Shown piece by piece: positions 29,701 to 38,268 of a DNA stretch of 64,000 nucleotides. Made by a program: the position numbers and the translations under genes. Below the pieces are notes generated by a model. The model was given only the letters and a program-made list of their open reading frames with translations, was not told where the DNA came from and ran no database searches. How positions within the stretch are numbered: the first letter of the stretch is position 1; each line of letters starts with the position of its first letter. This stretch comes from a virus: the IMG/VR virus record IMGVR_UViG_3300047496_000382; one strand, 5' to 3'.

Positions 29701-29736
29701 CGTCTCAATCGGCCCAGGAAGCGGGATGTTCGGCAT
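26734..29736 (-). CDS. tail fibre/spike-like protein (1000 aa)
   Basis: GAGG RBS; fibre-type GDVTG...VVRSLQ repeat; beta-rich body. Confidence 0.7.
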   Translation of the reverse strand: MPNIPLPGPIETFPDAIDVPTFFAADGVGGWHSISTLAAFSTEVGPNHREVGMAVLTEDTELIYTNTAFGLQPARVAGGIQFAAFNPLLPDGFYLQYDYVTGEGDAYSTTYVVADDPQLPRQGIPMQRIGDQNVFSNKQWRPAYFNFLAYGDVTGGSPDATVVRSLQNVPLPDPTTASNGEALTLSVTPFPPFASMCRTLDSSVSGIFYAITQGASPTLYKFFFSNQTRAPRVISKTVMSGLPAIQALRTCPAYSPDVAIAHSFSVRVLALSADGTEIFIIEDRTLPQLFNYTSQGLDLPNSAAVVGIVSSGGGVFGLPASISEFNLNNGDAIYVGYDNGAGSYELQQYSMRTTMSDYPVPNTTTVDTISTPEFVTACAFGGQDLTAVYAVSSTHLSTYSFGPLTLQQDTILSPGENGLDVEVSQSVSPGFTGPSAFLTTLNVYSAVDWNPPVLDFALPGGFTPGRIYWGPAGAFCVTSGAADGQFLYNGGVLAVADANDTFFGMVWLPLSESWVSPIGILTNPDTTWPLYKDGIWLGVNNSVAPLNGFRHHRWDLGGFDGVTASSELAYVFNTGIDPHNPPTFGDVTPMPVLYVGTVFATEVHRESDGLFTVFPTVTPPVFGIPAGVTTGVGARVFYGISATPQDQLVLVLTDSDPTGATAAYVPLGTGAASLRVIDTSNLPATYPPITVFRDFDGGTWFTVQPGTKTLVYGEGPQNIANVLAPVAQPSGSDIEVVAPTYDLSGNAIFTFVTAAPLKIAVGDGPAPPAVSIVMDFNTGGLDAHGLRVLQYQAPGGWPSATLAGIDTPLYFSGLRQDLAADILPGDGLLLLSGADAGSYPGVSVGAANFVLAIQFGPGRNQLVSDQAVIAQLGSTRIIAGQVQASSLDDSYYGSRGAGGALVGAAWVLPYASIEVGTLTIDVDPALLVGATSIEVPHQTGGVLPGWHAYYINTTALPVTLTFVDFPANPLTVPPGHVGLALIQHTDPAGPGTFPILRDLG

Positions 29737-29745
29737 GGTTGTTCC

Positions 29746-30690
29746 TCACGCGCTCACAAGACGTGTCGTACCGATACTGGCGTAGCTGGTGCGCCACACA
29801 TTGCAGGGCACCGGAGTGGTGATGGGCCCGACCACGATGTTGCGCGTGACGTTAGAGGCCACCTTCGTCATGCCACCCGGAAGAATTCCAGGGCTTCCAC
29901 TGGGCGACAGAACGAACGTCGGGTCGCCCAGCGATGCGGCCAGTACGAAGAAGATGTACGCGCCTGGAGCAGTGCACACGAGCGGGTCAATCTGGATGCC
30001 GCGTCCGAGCTGGAGAGCACTTCCACCGCTCGGCTGCGCCGGGAGCGCGTCGATGAACGCCTGGTCGTAGAAGCCAGGGTCCGCCTGTACCCCCCACACT
30101 ATGTCGGCGGCGAATGAGACGCTGGTTGTTCTGCTTGCACTCGCAGCACCCTTAGTAGCCGCGAGCGTCCAGATGATGCTCGGCGTCGTCGGCGGCCACG
30201 TGCCATCAGGTGTGTACGTGTTGGGGTCTACCGCGCTGTTGTACGGAGACGCGAGCGTAGCGACGAGACCGTGCACCGAGCTAGAGAGCGTCGCTGCCGT
30301 CGGGAGGGCCGAGTAGGACGCGGAGAACGCCGGCGTGGCGATGACTGTTCCTACGCGCGCAACGAGCGGTCGCGACGGCGAAAAGCCGAAGGTGTTCACG
30401 ACGAAAGGCACAGGGAGAGCAAAGGGAGCCATCACGTGCTTCGTTCCGTCGAACTGCCAAACGTCCCCAACGTCCGGAGCGCTGAAGGATGTGGGGTCGA
30501 CCACGAGGCCACGCACTGCACGCAAACGGTTGTTCGGTCCCGACCCAACGAGCTCGACATCACCTTGGAAGGACGCGGCGCCACCGGGGCCAGGAACGAA
30601 CTCAATGACCACCGTCGACTGCGCCGGTCCGGGCCCAGGAAGACTAGGTTCGACAACGAAGACTGACCCGTCCGCGAGGTGAATCGGCAT
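29746..30690 (-). CDS. virion protein, paralog of 59429..60355
   Basis: Shared WGVQADPGFYDQAFIDAL / YGASVDPGSYDAAFVTGL; GDV...WQFDG repeat. Confidence 0.75.
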   Translation of the reverse strand: MPIHLADGSVFVVEPSLPGPGPAQSTVVIEFVPGPGGAASFQGDVELVGSGPNNRLRAVRGLVVDPTSFSAPDVGDVWQFDGTKHVMAPFALPVPFVVNTFGFSPSRPLVARVGTVIATPAFSASYSALPTAATLSSSVHGLVATLASPYNSAVDPNTYTPDGTWPPTTPSIIWTLAATKGAASASRTTSVSFAADIVWGVQADPGFYDQAFIDALPAQPSGGSALQLGRGIQIDPLVCTAPGAYIFFVLAASLGDPTFVLSPSGSPGILPGGMTKVASNVTRNIVVGPITTPVPCNVWRTSYASIGTTRLVSA

Positions 30691-30733
30691 GGCGGTCAGG
30701 GTAGCAACTTCACGGCAAGCACTCTAGGCGCCG

Positions 30734-31492
30734 TCAGAGCGGCGTACGCCACTCCGTGCCGTTGAAGCGGAACTCCGTCTTCGTCCAGGGCGTTGTGAGA
30801 ACCGTAGGCGCCGGCGCACCGTTGGTGTTGAGCGGGGCCACTCCATTCGGTCCGACCGTGACACTGTTGAGCAGCGCATCGGACCATGTCCACACGTTGA
30901 TGCCATCACCCGGCGCGGGATTCTGCGACTGTAGGATTGTGAAGGGACCGCCTCCTGGGGCGAAGACATCGACCGTGCCGAGCCCCGAAGGCACTGTGAA
31001 CGGTGAGTCTCCCAGCGCCGGCGTAAGGCAACGATTCGATATGCCGCCCGCAAGTAGGTCGTCGATGATGGCTTCGAAGTCAGGCGCATAGCCGCGCGTA
31101 TTGCCGGCGAAGTTGTCCTCGTTCGACTGCTCACCAAAAGCAGGCAAGAGCCATCCGCGCCGGATGAGGTTGCCGAACGTGTCGTAGCGCACAGCAGCCA
31201 CGAGAATTTGGATGTTCCCCGGTCCACCGCCATTGGTGACGAGCTGGAGGCGGTACGTGCCGGGCAGGTCTGGCACCCAGTCCGTCTGTGCGAGTGTGGG
31301 AGTAAGGAGTGTCGTTGCTGAGCCCGGCGGCGCGGCCAAGAGGGTCCACGCAAACGAGGCGTTGCCCGCTGTCGTACACCGCGCTGTAGCTGTCTGCGCC
31401 AGCCACAAGTCTTTTCGTGCAACGCCGGGGCTGCCGTACGAGGGACCGCCCGGCGGCTGCACTTGGTCGATGGCGATGATGGCACCAGGCAT
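30734..31492 (-). CDS. virion protein with PKD-like N-domain and fibre-type C-terminal beta domain
   Basis: FAWTLLAAPPGS...PDLPGTYRLQL; C-terminal FRFNGTEW; GAGGAG RBS. Confidence 0.7.
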   Translation of the reverse strand: MPGAIIAIDQVQPPGGPSYGSPGVARKDLWLAQTATARCTTAGNASFAWTLLAAPPGSATTLLTPTLAQTDWVPDLPGTYRLQLVTNGGGPGNIQILVAAVRYDTFGNLIRRGWLLPAFGEQSNEDNFAGNTRGYAPDFEAIIDDLLAGGISNRCLTPALGDSPFTVPSGLGTVDVFAPGGGPFTILQSQNPAPGDGINVWTWSDALLNSVTVGPNGVAPLNTNGAPAPTVLTTPWTKTEFRFNGTEWRTPL

Positions 31493-31531
31493 CTTCTTGT
31501 TCTCCTCTACACGCCGCCGTACTGTTTGCCC

Positions 31532-31822
31532 ATGAAGTTCATCCCGATGGACCCAGAACTCGCACGAAAGGCCATCGAAGGCTACTCAAACGTACTGCGC
31601 CCCGAGATAGAGCAGCTCGAAGCCTTCTACCGTCAGTTTCGCTGCTTGCGCTGCCGAAGCGCGTGTCAGAAGGAGCAAGCTGCAGGACACGTCTTCGACC
31701 CGACAGGAGGCATCCTGGTGCCTCGAAGTCTCCTCCGCTGCACCGTGTGTCGCTTCTTGTTTGACCCGCATACCGGCCTCGTTGTGGAAGTTGGTGAGAA
31801 GCGCGAGCCGCCTCCGCTCTAG
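31532..31822 (+). CDS. Zn-ribbon protein antisense to the structural operon (96 aa)
   Basis: CLRC...CTVC; TACTGT 6 nt before ATG 31532. Confidence 0.7.
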   Translation: MKFIPMDPELARKAIEGYSNVLRPEIEQLEAFYRQFRCLRCRSACQKEQAAGHVFDPTGGILVPRSLLRCTVCRFLFDPHTGLVVEVGEKREPPPL

Positions 31823-34800
31823 GAGATGCGTCGTGCGATGTTCAGCACGTCCGGCACAAAGGCAGCCAAGCGACCGGTATTGAGCTGGTTCTGGCTGCTC
31901 TCGATGGAGATGCTGCGGTCAGGGTTGTGAACGACGGCTACCAGCGTGATGGGGTTGTCGACCGACCGTGCGTTGTTGTTCAAGAAGATTTGCTCGAGGT
32001 CACTGACGTTGAACGGTACGTCTGGCGCGAGCGCGAGGATGAAGTTCTCAACGAGGGGCTCGACAACATCGGTGCCCGAGCCGCCGACATAGCTCGCGTC
32101 AAAGCGAACGAAGTACGGAGTGAGGTGCCTTGCGAGAGGGCTCTCGTTGATGACGCGTTCAGTGTCCGACAGGATGTAGTTGTTCACGCTGTCGGTCAGT
32201 GACGACCGCTCGTAGTTGAGCTGGATGTTCTGCCCAGCCAGCTGTGTCGCGTTGTCAGGGTCGTCCGAAACACCAATCTCGAGCATCGACTTCGAAATGT
32301 GCAGTTGCGGACGCTCCACCGGCGAGAAGCTCAGGTTTGGGTCATCCGTCGACAAGAAGTAGCCGTCGGACCTGTAGCCAACGACCGTCATCGGGACGTT
32401 GGCCACGACGTTGTACGCATCACCGGTGCCCTGTGAGAGCAGCTCGACGTCGAAGTAGTAGAGGCTTGCGATGCCGACCTGTGTCGCCATCACAGTGGAG
32501 GAGATGCGCTGCAGGCTCGCGCGGAAGACCTTGAACTGTTGTGAAGATGCAGCCGTCGGGAAGTCCGGCGCGTCGATGACGAGGCGGTTCACGTTCCCAC
32601 CCGGCGCGGTCTGGAAGACAGTGTACGTGCCCTTGTTCGGCGAGTCATTGTTCTGGTCAACGCCGTTCACCGTGGAGAAGCCGAGAAGCGCGTTAGCACT
32701 GGTCCCTGCACTCGAGCCGCGCACGATGACCGAAGCATCGGGATTGAACTCGAGCAGGTTGCCTGCGGTAAGCTGGCAGATGACCTGTCCGACGGCCTTA
32801 TTGATTTGGTCGACAGCGCCCTGGCGCGTGACATCGGTCGCGGCGATACCGGCGTTGTCGTGGATGAAGATGATGGTCTTGTCGATGCCGCCACCGATAC
32901 TCAGCGTGATGTTCTTCACGTTGAGACCTGCAATGGGGTCGGTGAGGACAACAGTGCCGTCGAGAGGCACGTAGTCGATGACGAGTTGGTCGCCCTTTTG
33001 AATGCCCTTCGCGAGGAAGTCCGTCGACAACGACTCGAAGGTGAAGGGAGGAATTGCCCCACCCGTGTTGCCGTCGAGCGGCTTTGCACCGCTCGGAAGC
33101 GAGGGGATGCGCTGGTAGCTGTTCGTGGGGTCTGGGAAGTAATTGAGGACCGAGCCATCAGACTGTGTGACGGTGAAGAGGCTCGCAGCGTCGACCTCGA
33201 AGCTCGTGGGGTCGAGGAAGTAGACACGTGCCGTGCCGAGGGAGCGCGCGCCAACTTGAAGGTGGCGCCGAACCTCGGGATTGAAGTCCTCCGACGTCTG
33301 CAACGGGTCGTACTGCGCCCCGTTGAAGGGGTAGTTCGGCACGGTGAGGCCGCCATAGAACCCAACCTGGAGACCGTCGAGGACTTGCGCCACATCGAAG
33401 GTGGCATCAAGGCGCGGCTTCAACGAAGCCCAGCCTCCGAGCTGGAAGACCTCGAGCGAGTTGATGTCGCGCGAGGTGATGTCTTTGTCGTTGAAGCCGA
33501 ACAGCGGCAACGCGGCGGTGCTGACCGCACGCACCGTTGTGTTGGTTGAAACAGGGATGATGCCCAGGCGTGTGCCGTTGTCGAGGACAACGGCGACCTC
33601 GGAGATAGCGCCTCCTGTTGCAGCCGCTACGGAGGCATTCAGCTGCAGAACGAGGTCTGTCAGTGCAAGAGGATTCACGCCCACGAACGTAGTGGAGATG
33701 TCCGCGATGTGGTCCCAATACAGGATGAACGTGAGACCTGCCACGTTGGCGGCCTCTCCGGCGAAGGGCAACGAGACGATGCCGAGCGTGGCATCCGTGA
33801 CGTCGCTCTTGATGCCGTGCGCCGAGTTCGCGAAGCCGTTGGTGCGCACATCGACGGGCTTCGCGTAGGGAATCGTTGCGCCCACCGGCTGCCCAGACGT
33901 GTCGAGCAGGTCGATGGTGTCGATACGCACCAATGGCAGAAGAAGACCGCCCGCCGCGTTCGGCGTGAAGATGTAGTACTGCGCGCCGTTGACCGTTGCC
34001 GGCAGCGGGCGGTCAACTTGCAGGTGCGTGAAGAGCGGCGACAGCACCTGCACGATGGTGTAGTCCGCGACAATGAGACCACCGGTGACGATGCGCAAAA
34101 TGTCATTGGGCCCAACGCCGTAGGTGTCGAAATCGGCACCTCCACCCGTTGTAACGATGTTCGTGCCGAGAACGGTATCAAGGTCCGAACCCTTGATTTT
34201 CGTGTCCTTTGGCTCAAGAAGGTCGATGTCGATAGTATTTGTCAACTTCCATCGATAGTGCGTGCCCGGCGTGACCGCGAGCGTGGGCGTCACCGTCAGC
34301 ACCGGCGGCAGACCTGCAGTCTGTGTGAGGTCGAGAACGCGGTAGCTACCGGCATTGGGCGGGTCGAGCAACTGGAGGGAGAGCCCATTCTCCAACGCAT
34401 TCACGAGCGCTAGGTAGGTGCTGTCGCCTACGGAGTAGTTGGCGCCTGCACCAGGTGCCAAGACGAGGTCGTAGAGCACTAGCTGGGTCGCACTTGCTGT
34501 CTCTGCGTCAAGCCCCTGGAGCAACGGAGAGTCCGCCGTGATGCTGTTGATGACGAGCGTCGCAGGGTCGAAGGCCGCGCCTCTCACGTAGATGTCGGTC
34601 GCGCCGCCAATGTGGACGGCGTCGTTCTGGATGGTGACCGTGCCATCTGGGTTGTTGGGAAATAGAATGCCGCCAGGGATGCCGGAGAGCGTGAGCGTGC
34701 TGGCACGCAGCACCCAAGGCACGTTGGCCGCAACCGGAGAGAGAACCTGGTCTTGGAGGTCAAGCGTTCGCGTATCGACGACGCGCAAAATCTTCAGGTC

Positions 34801-35862
34801 GCGTACGAGAGGAAGCGACGCCAAAGGGAAAGCGCCGTGCAGCGTGACCACAAAGCCAGCCGGCAGGCTGCCTGTCGGACCGATGAGCGCGGTGAAGTCG
34901 ACAGCTTCGGAAAGGTCGACCTGCAGCCGACGCGTCAGCACTGCGTTCTCCCCATCAGGGATGGCGTAGACCTTCACACCGGCTGCGAGGATTGCACCGA
35001 GACCGCCACCACGCAGCACATCACGCTGCATCTCTGGGTCTTGGAAACCGACGACGCTGAGCTGTGTGAGCTCGGGGAAGTCGCCGGTGAGGCGTGCTGT
35101 GATGCCGCGCTGGGTGACGAGCGAACGCTCGGTGAGCTCCTGTCCGATGCGGTCGACGTACGTGACCGTGTCCTCATCTGCTGTGCCGTAGCGGAAACGC
35201 GCCTTGTTGGTGACGCGCACAGCACTACCCATGTTCGCAACCGACGCGAGCTCGTTGACGTCGAGGTTGTACGCGTCGCCCGCAGCTTCAGCGATGAGTG
35301 AGACGTCGAAGTAGTAGAGCGACTGCTCCGTGTTGAGCAGCATCTCGCTCATCGCGATGCTCTGCGTCTGCGTCGGATAGAAGTGCAACCCGCTGCGACT
35401 CGTGAAGAAGTTTGCTGGCGTCACGGTCGCGTTCTGGGCTTGCGCGAAGTAGATGCGTCCCGTTCCACGCGCAAAGTCGCCGACGTTGCGGGGTGCGAAG
35501 AGATTCGCGCCGAGCGCCTCTGCTTCATCCGTCGTAAGGATGGTTGGGTCCTTGAACGACAGGTTGTTCTGGACTCGAGAGACTTCGCGAACCAGCGGGT
35601 TCCAGAGGAGAATGGCCGCCTTGATGAGGAGGTCCGCGATGGCGTCGCCCTCCTTCGTCGGCATGTCCGGGAACGTCTGGTTCAGTCGCGTCTGAATGAA
35701 GAGCCCAATGTCGATGGTGAAGGGGTCGGTACCGAGTCGCCGAAGAATCGGCTGGATGAGCTGCACATCGACGGGCGACCCAGACGTCGTGTCTGCGTTC
35801 GGGTCGTACTGCGCAAAGCGCTCGATGATGAATTGCTGCAGGTCGTTCGAAGCCATAGGCAA
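31819..35862 (-). CDS. baseplate J-like (gp6-like) protein, 1347 aa
   Basis: ARGTGRIYF...YFDVSLIAEAAGDAYN...VTN...GTADED...RSL; C-terminal wedge-type region. Confidence 0.8.
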   Translation of the reverse strand: MPMASNDLQQFIIERFAQYDPNADTTSGSPVDVQLIQPILRRLGTDPFTIDIGLFIQTRLNQTFPDMPTKEGDAIADLLIKAAILLWNPLVREVSRVQNNLSFKDPTILTTDEAEALGANLFAPRNVGDFARGTGRIYFAQAQNATVTPANFFTSRSGLHFYPTQTQSIAMSEMLLNTEQSLYYFDVSLIAEAAGDAYNLDVNELASVANMGSAVRVTNKARFRYGTADEDTVTYVDRIGQELTERSLVTQRGITARLTGDFPELTQLSVVGFQDPEMQRDVLRGGGLGAILAAGVKVYAIPDGENAVLTRRLQVDLSEAVDFTALIGPTGSLPAGFVVTLHGAFPLASLPLVRDLKILRVVDTRTLDLQDQVLSPVAANVPWVLRASTLTLSGIPGGILFPNNPDGTVTIQNDAVHIGGATDIYVRGAAFDPATLVINSITADSPLLQGLDAETASATQLVLYDLVLAPGAGANYSVGDSTYLALVNALENGLSLQLLDPPNAGSYRVLDLTQTAGLPPVLTVTPTLAVTPGTHYRWKLTNTIDIDLLEPKDTKIKGSDLDTVLGTNIVTTGGGADFDTYGVGPNDILRIVTGGLIVADYTIVQVLSPLFTHLQVDRPLPATVNGAQYYIFTPNAAGGLLLPLVRIDTIDLLDTSGQPVGATIPYAKPVDVRTNGFANSAHGIKSDVTDATLGIVSLPFAGEAANVAGLTFILYWDHIADISTTFVGVNPLALTDLVLQLNASVAAATGGAISEVAVVLDNGTRLGIIPVSTNTTVRAVSTAALPLFGFNDKDITSRDINSLEVFQLGGWASLKPRLDATFDVAQVLDGLQVGFYGGLTVPNYPFNGAQYDPLQTSEDFNPEVRRHLQVGARSLGTARVYFLDPTSFEVDAASLFTVTQSDGSVLNYFPDPTNSYQRIPSLPSGAKPLDGNTGGAIPPFTFESLSTDFLAKGIQKGDQLVIDYVPLDGTVVLTDPIAGLNVKNITLSIGGGIDKTIIFIHDNAGIAATDVTRQGAVDQINKAVGQVICQLTAGNLLEFNPDASVIVRGSSAGTSANALLGFSTVNGVDQNNDSPNKGTYTVFQTAPGGNVNRLVIDAPDFPTAASSQQFKVFRASLQRISSTVMATQVGIASLYYFDVELLSQGTGDAYNVVANVPMTVVGYRSDGYFLSTDDPNLSFSPVERPQLHISKSMLEIGVSDDPDNATQLAGQNIQLNYERSSLTDSVNNYILSDTERVINESPLARHLTPYFVRFDASYVGGSGTDVVEPLVENFILALAPDVPFNVSDLEQIFLNNNARSVDNPITLVAVVHNPDRSISIESSQNQLNTGRLAAFVPDVLNIARRIS

Positions 35863-35866
35863 GCCC

Positions 35867-36523
35867 TCAGACGGTGAGATTCGCGGTTGCCGCGCTACCG
35901 GCCTGCGAAGTGATTTCGACGCCTACGATGAGAGCGCCTTCGTTCGCGTTGAAGCTGGCATTGAGCACCTGTGCGGAGAGCAATCGCTCATCCGGTGGGA
36001 TGCTTGGGTCGCGCGCCTGGAGCGCGATGACTTGGCGCTGCGTCGTGTTCACGGCAACGACAAAGTCCGCAACGAGGTTGCTCCCGTCCTTCGTCCCGAC
36101 CGTTGCACCGATGCCCTTCAACGCGCCGGCGCCAATGACCGGAGCAAAGATGTCCGAACCTGCCGAGGTGAATAGAATCTTCAGAAAGAGCTGCACCAAG
36201 CGCAGGATGCCCGAGACCTTTTTCGGCGAAGGGCCGAGCTGGAAGCGCAGCAAGCTCTTCCCGTTGAGGCTCAGCGAGTTCGAGATGACCGTGACCGACG
36301 TGAGCGTCGCGCGCTGAAGAAGCGTCGGTACCTGTGCGAAGAGGCGCGTTCTGCTCACCACGATGACGTTGGGCGAGGCCACATCGTTGATGAGCACCTG
36401 GTCGAGGTACCGAAAGTCGGTGCCGATGATATCGAGCGAGCGCGGCGTCACGCCTTGAAGCGTGCGCACCTGTGACAGCGGCACGACAACTTGTGGAAAA
36501 ATGACCTGGATGTCGACGGCCAC
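35867..36523 (-). CDS. gp25-like baseplate protein with IPT/TIG-like N-domain
   Basis: LDIIGTDF...VLIND (IPT); GILRLVQLFLKILFT...GS...PPDERLLSA (gp25-like); upstream of baseplate J. Confidence 0.7.
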   Translation of the reverse strand: MAVDIQVIFPQVVVPLSQVRTLQGVTPRSLDIIGTDFRYLDQVLINDVASPNVIVVSRTRLFAQVPTLLQRATLTSVTVISNSLSLNGKSLLRFQLGPSPKKVSGILRLVQLFLKILFTSAGSDIFAPVIGAGALKGIGATVGTKDGSNLVADFVVAVNTTQRQVIALQARDPSIPPDERLLSAQVLNASFNANEGALIVGVEITSQAGSAATANLTV

Positions 36524-36563
36524 CTTCGTCTCCTCGCAGCGGGCATCCTACATCAGAGGCTAG

Positions 36564-36593
36564 AAAAAGCGACGGGCCCCGAAGGGCCCGCGC
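36564..36593 (-). terminator. intrinsic terminator
   Basis: Minus strand CGGGCCC-TTCG-GGGCCCG then TCGCTTTTT. Confidence 0.9.
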
Positions 36594-36601
36594 TGTCATG
36601 T

Positions 36602-36713
36602 CGGGAGCTGAGGAGTTGAACCTCGATTCCGCGCCTCAGCACCAGCCGTCACCGGCATCGACGCGGTCCCCCTGGTCCGCCAGGGTCCTCTGTCCGCCGA
36701 GGACACGCTCCCG
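36602..36713 (-). ncRNA. tRNA-like RNA (acceptor stem, 6-bp D arm, collapsed anticodon arm, long variable arm, T arm)
   Basis: CGGGAGC/GCTCCCG; GTCCTC-GGCGGACA-GAGGAC; CCTGG-CGGA-CCAGG; CCGCG...GCCG-GTGA-CGGC...CGCGG; GAGG-TTCAACT-CCTC. Confidence 0.6.
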
Positions 36714-36719
36714 GAATCA

Positions 36720-37346
36720 CTACTCCGGTGAGAAGACTACCGCGACCTCGTTGGAAGAGTCCCACGTTTGAAGCGACGCGCGCTTGTTCGCTACCCAGCC
36801 ATCGAGTGCCTTCTGGAACTCCTCGACGCTCTCCGGCTCGAGGACGGGGTGTTCATCGAGCTCGTAGTCCTGGCTCTCGAGCAAGCGCGTGAGCACGTCC
36901 TCGGCGTTGAGCTCCAAGTTCCGCTCTTTGCGGCCCCACACGAAACCCGGAAGGTCGACGCCTTCTTGTTCGCAGTGGTCGAGTACTTCATCGACGTCGG
37001 CGAAGTACCCATCGCCCAGAGACCCCGAGTGTCCCTCCCAGTAGACGGGGTCGCTCCACTCTTCGGCCTTGACCTTCTTCGCCTTGTCGAAGCGTGCTCC
37101 TTCCTTTTCTAGCTCCCACTGCTGGCGGCAGTTCTCGCAGAAGCGCAGGTGGTGACCGGGCGTTGGGTCAGGGCACCGCTCGCACCTCCGTGGAGTGCAG
37201 TGCTCTCGCGCACGTGCGTACGCTGCCGCACGTGCCTCCTCACTGAGCGCGCTAGCGAGCGGGAGGACCGCACCGCATGTTCCGCAGGCGAGGGCCACCG
37301 TCTTGTCGTGACCACGAATCTGCAACTCGAAGGGTTCAGCGCTCAT
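36720..37346 (-). CDS. hypothetical phage protein with Zn fingers (208 aa)
   Basis: CGTC, CERC, CENC; ATGA overlap with RNase HII. Confidence 0.75.
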   Translation of the reverse strand: MSAEPFELQIRGHDKTVALACGTCGAVLPLASALSEEARAAAYARAREHCTPRRCERCPDPTPGHHLRFCENCRQQWELEKEGARFDKAKKVKAEEWSDPVYWEGHSGSLGDGYFADVDEVLDHCEQEGVDLPGFVWGRKERNLELNAEDVLTRLLESQDYELDEHPVLEPESVEEFQKALDGWVANKRASLQTWDSSNEVAVVFSPE

Positions 37347-37942
37347 GTCGCGTTTTTCTCCAACGCCTCACGAATGGGGCGGTAGGACTTCCTGTGGATG
37401 GGCGTGACGCCGTACTGGGCCAAGGCTGCCGTGTGCGCCGCACTGCCGTACCCCTTGTTACTCGCGAATCCGTACGCCGGATAGAGCTTGGAGTGCTCCC
37501 GCATCTCAGCGTCACGATTCACCTTTGCGAGGACGCTCGCTGCCATTACCGCGGGGTAGGTTCCGTCAGCCTTCGGTACGCAGCGTGTTCCGGGTGGGAG
37601 CTCCTGCACGGCCTCCTTGTTGTAGCTGGCGACCTCGCCATCAATGATGACGTCGCTGCCGGGAAACTGGGCGTAGAGCGTCTTCACCGCAGCTGCGTGG
37701 AGCGCGAAGAGGACAGGTCCCATCCCGTAGTGGTCGATGGCCGCTACAGACCCGAAGACGAGCGCGCAGATGACCTGCGGCCGCACACGCATGTAGACCT
37801 CCGAGCGCTTCACCTCAGTGAGCTTCTTGGAGTCGTTGAGGCCCTCGCAACGCCAGCCGACTGGGGCTGCGACCGCACAGACGTAGATGGGTCCTGCCCA
37901 CGCGCCTGTCCCGACTTCATCCGAGCCGATGACGTACTTCAC
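37343..37942 (-). CDS. rnhB: ribonuclease HII
   Basis: IGSDEVGTGAWAGP, LNDSKKL, IIDG, KAD...AASVLAKVNRD, YGFASNKGYG, HRKSY. Confidence 0.92.
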   Translation of the reverse strand: MKYVIGSDEVGTGAWAGPIYVCAVAAPVGWRCEGLNDSKKLTEVKRSEVYMRVRPQVICALVFGSVAAIDHYGMGPVLFALHAAAVKTLYAQFPGSDVIIDGEVASYNKEAVQELPPGTRCVPKADGTYPAVMAASVLAKVNRDAEMREHSKLYPAYGFASNKGYGSAAHTAALAQYGVTPIHRKSYRPIREALEKNAT

Positions 37943-38268
37943 GTCGTCGCGGGCTCTTCTGGCGGGTTCACGTCGCGGTCAGGGTCCGCTGCCGCGAAGG
38001 CAGAGTCCGGCAGCGCCTTCAGCTGCGCGACCGAATCCTGCACGCCCTTGAGCACCTTCTGGATGCGGTCGAGCGGACACGGACGGAGGGCCGAGGTCGG
38101 CTTAGTGATACGGTCTATCTGCTGCTGCAGGGCATCCTCGAAGGTGAAGGCAGCGAAGGACTGCGTGGTCTTCTGCCCCTCGACAGCGGCGTAGGCGTCG
38201 CTCAGTGCCGTGCGTAGCTCGATGTTCTGCGACTGGAGCGCCGGGTCGTCTCGCTTGTCAGTGGCCAT
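37939..38268 (-). CDS. hypothetical coiled-coil protein
   Basis: Coupled ORF with GGAG RBS. Confidence 0.7.
   Translation of the reverse strand: MATDKRDDPALQSQNIELRTALSDAYAAVEGQKTTQSFAAFTFEDALQQQIDRITKPTSALRPCPLDRIQKVLKGVQDSVAQLKALPDSAFAAADPDRDVNPPEEPATT

Noticed and set aside
36602-36713. Canonical tRNA or tmRNA
   Set aside because: No 7-nt anticodon loop, 112 nt long, no G3-U70 pair, no tag ORF, no CCA; reported instead as tRNA-like
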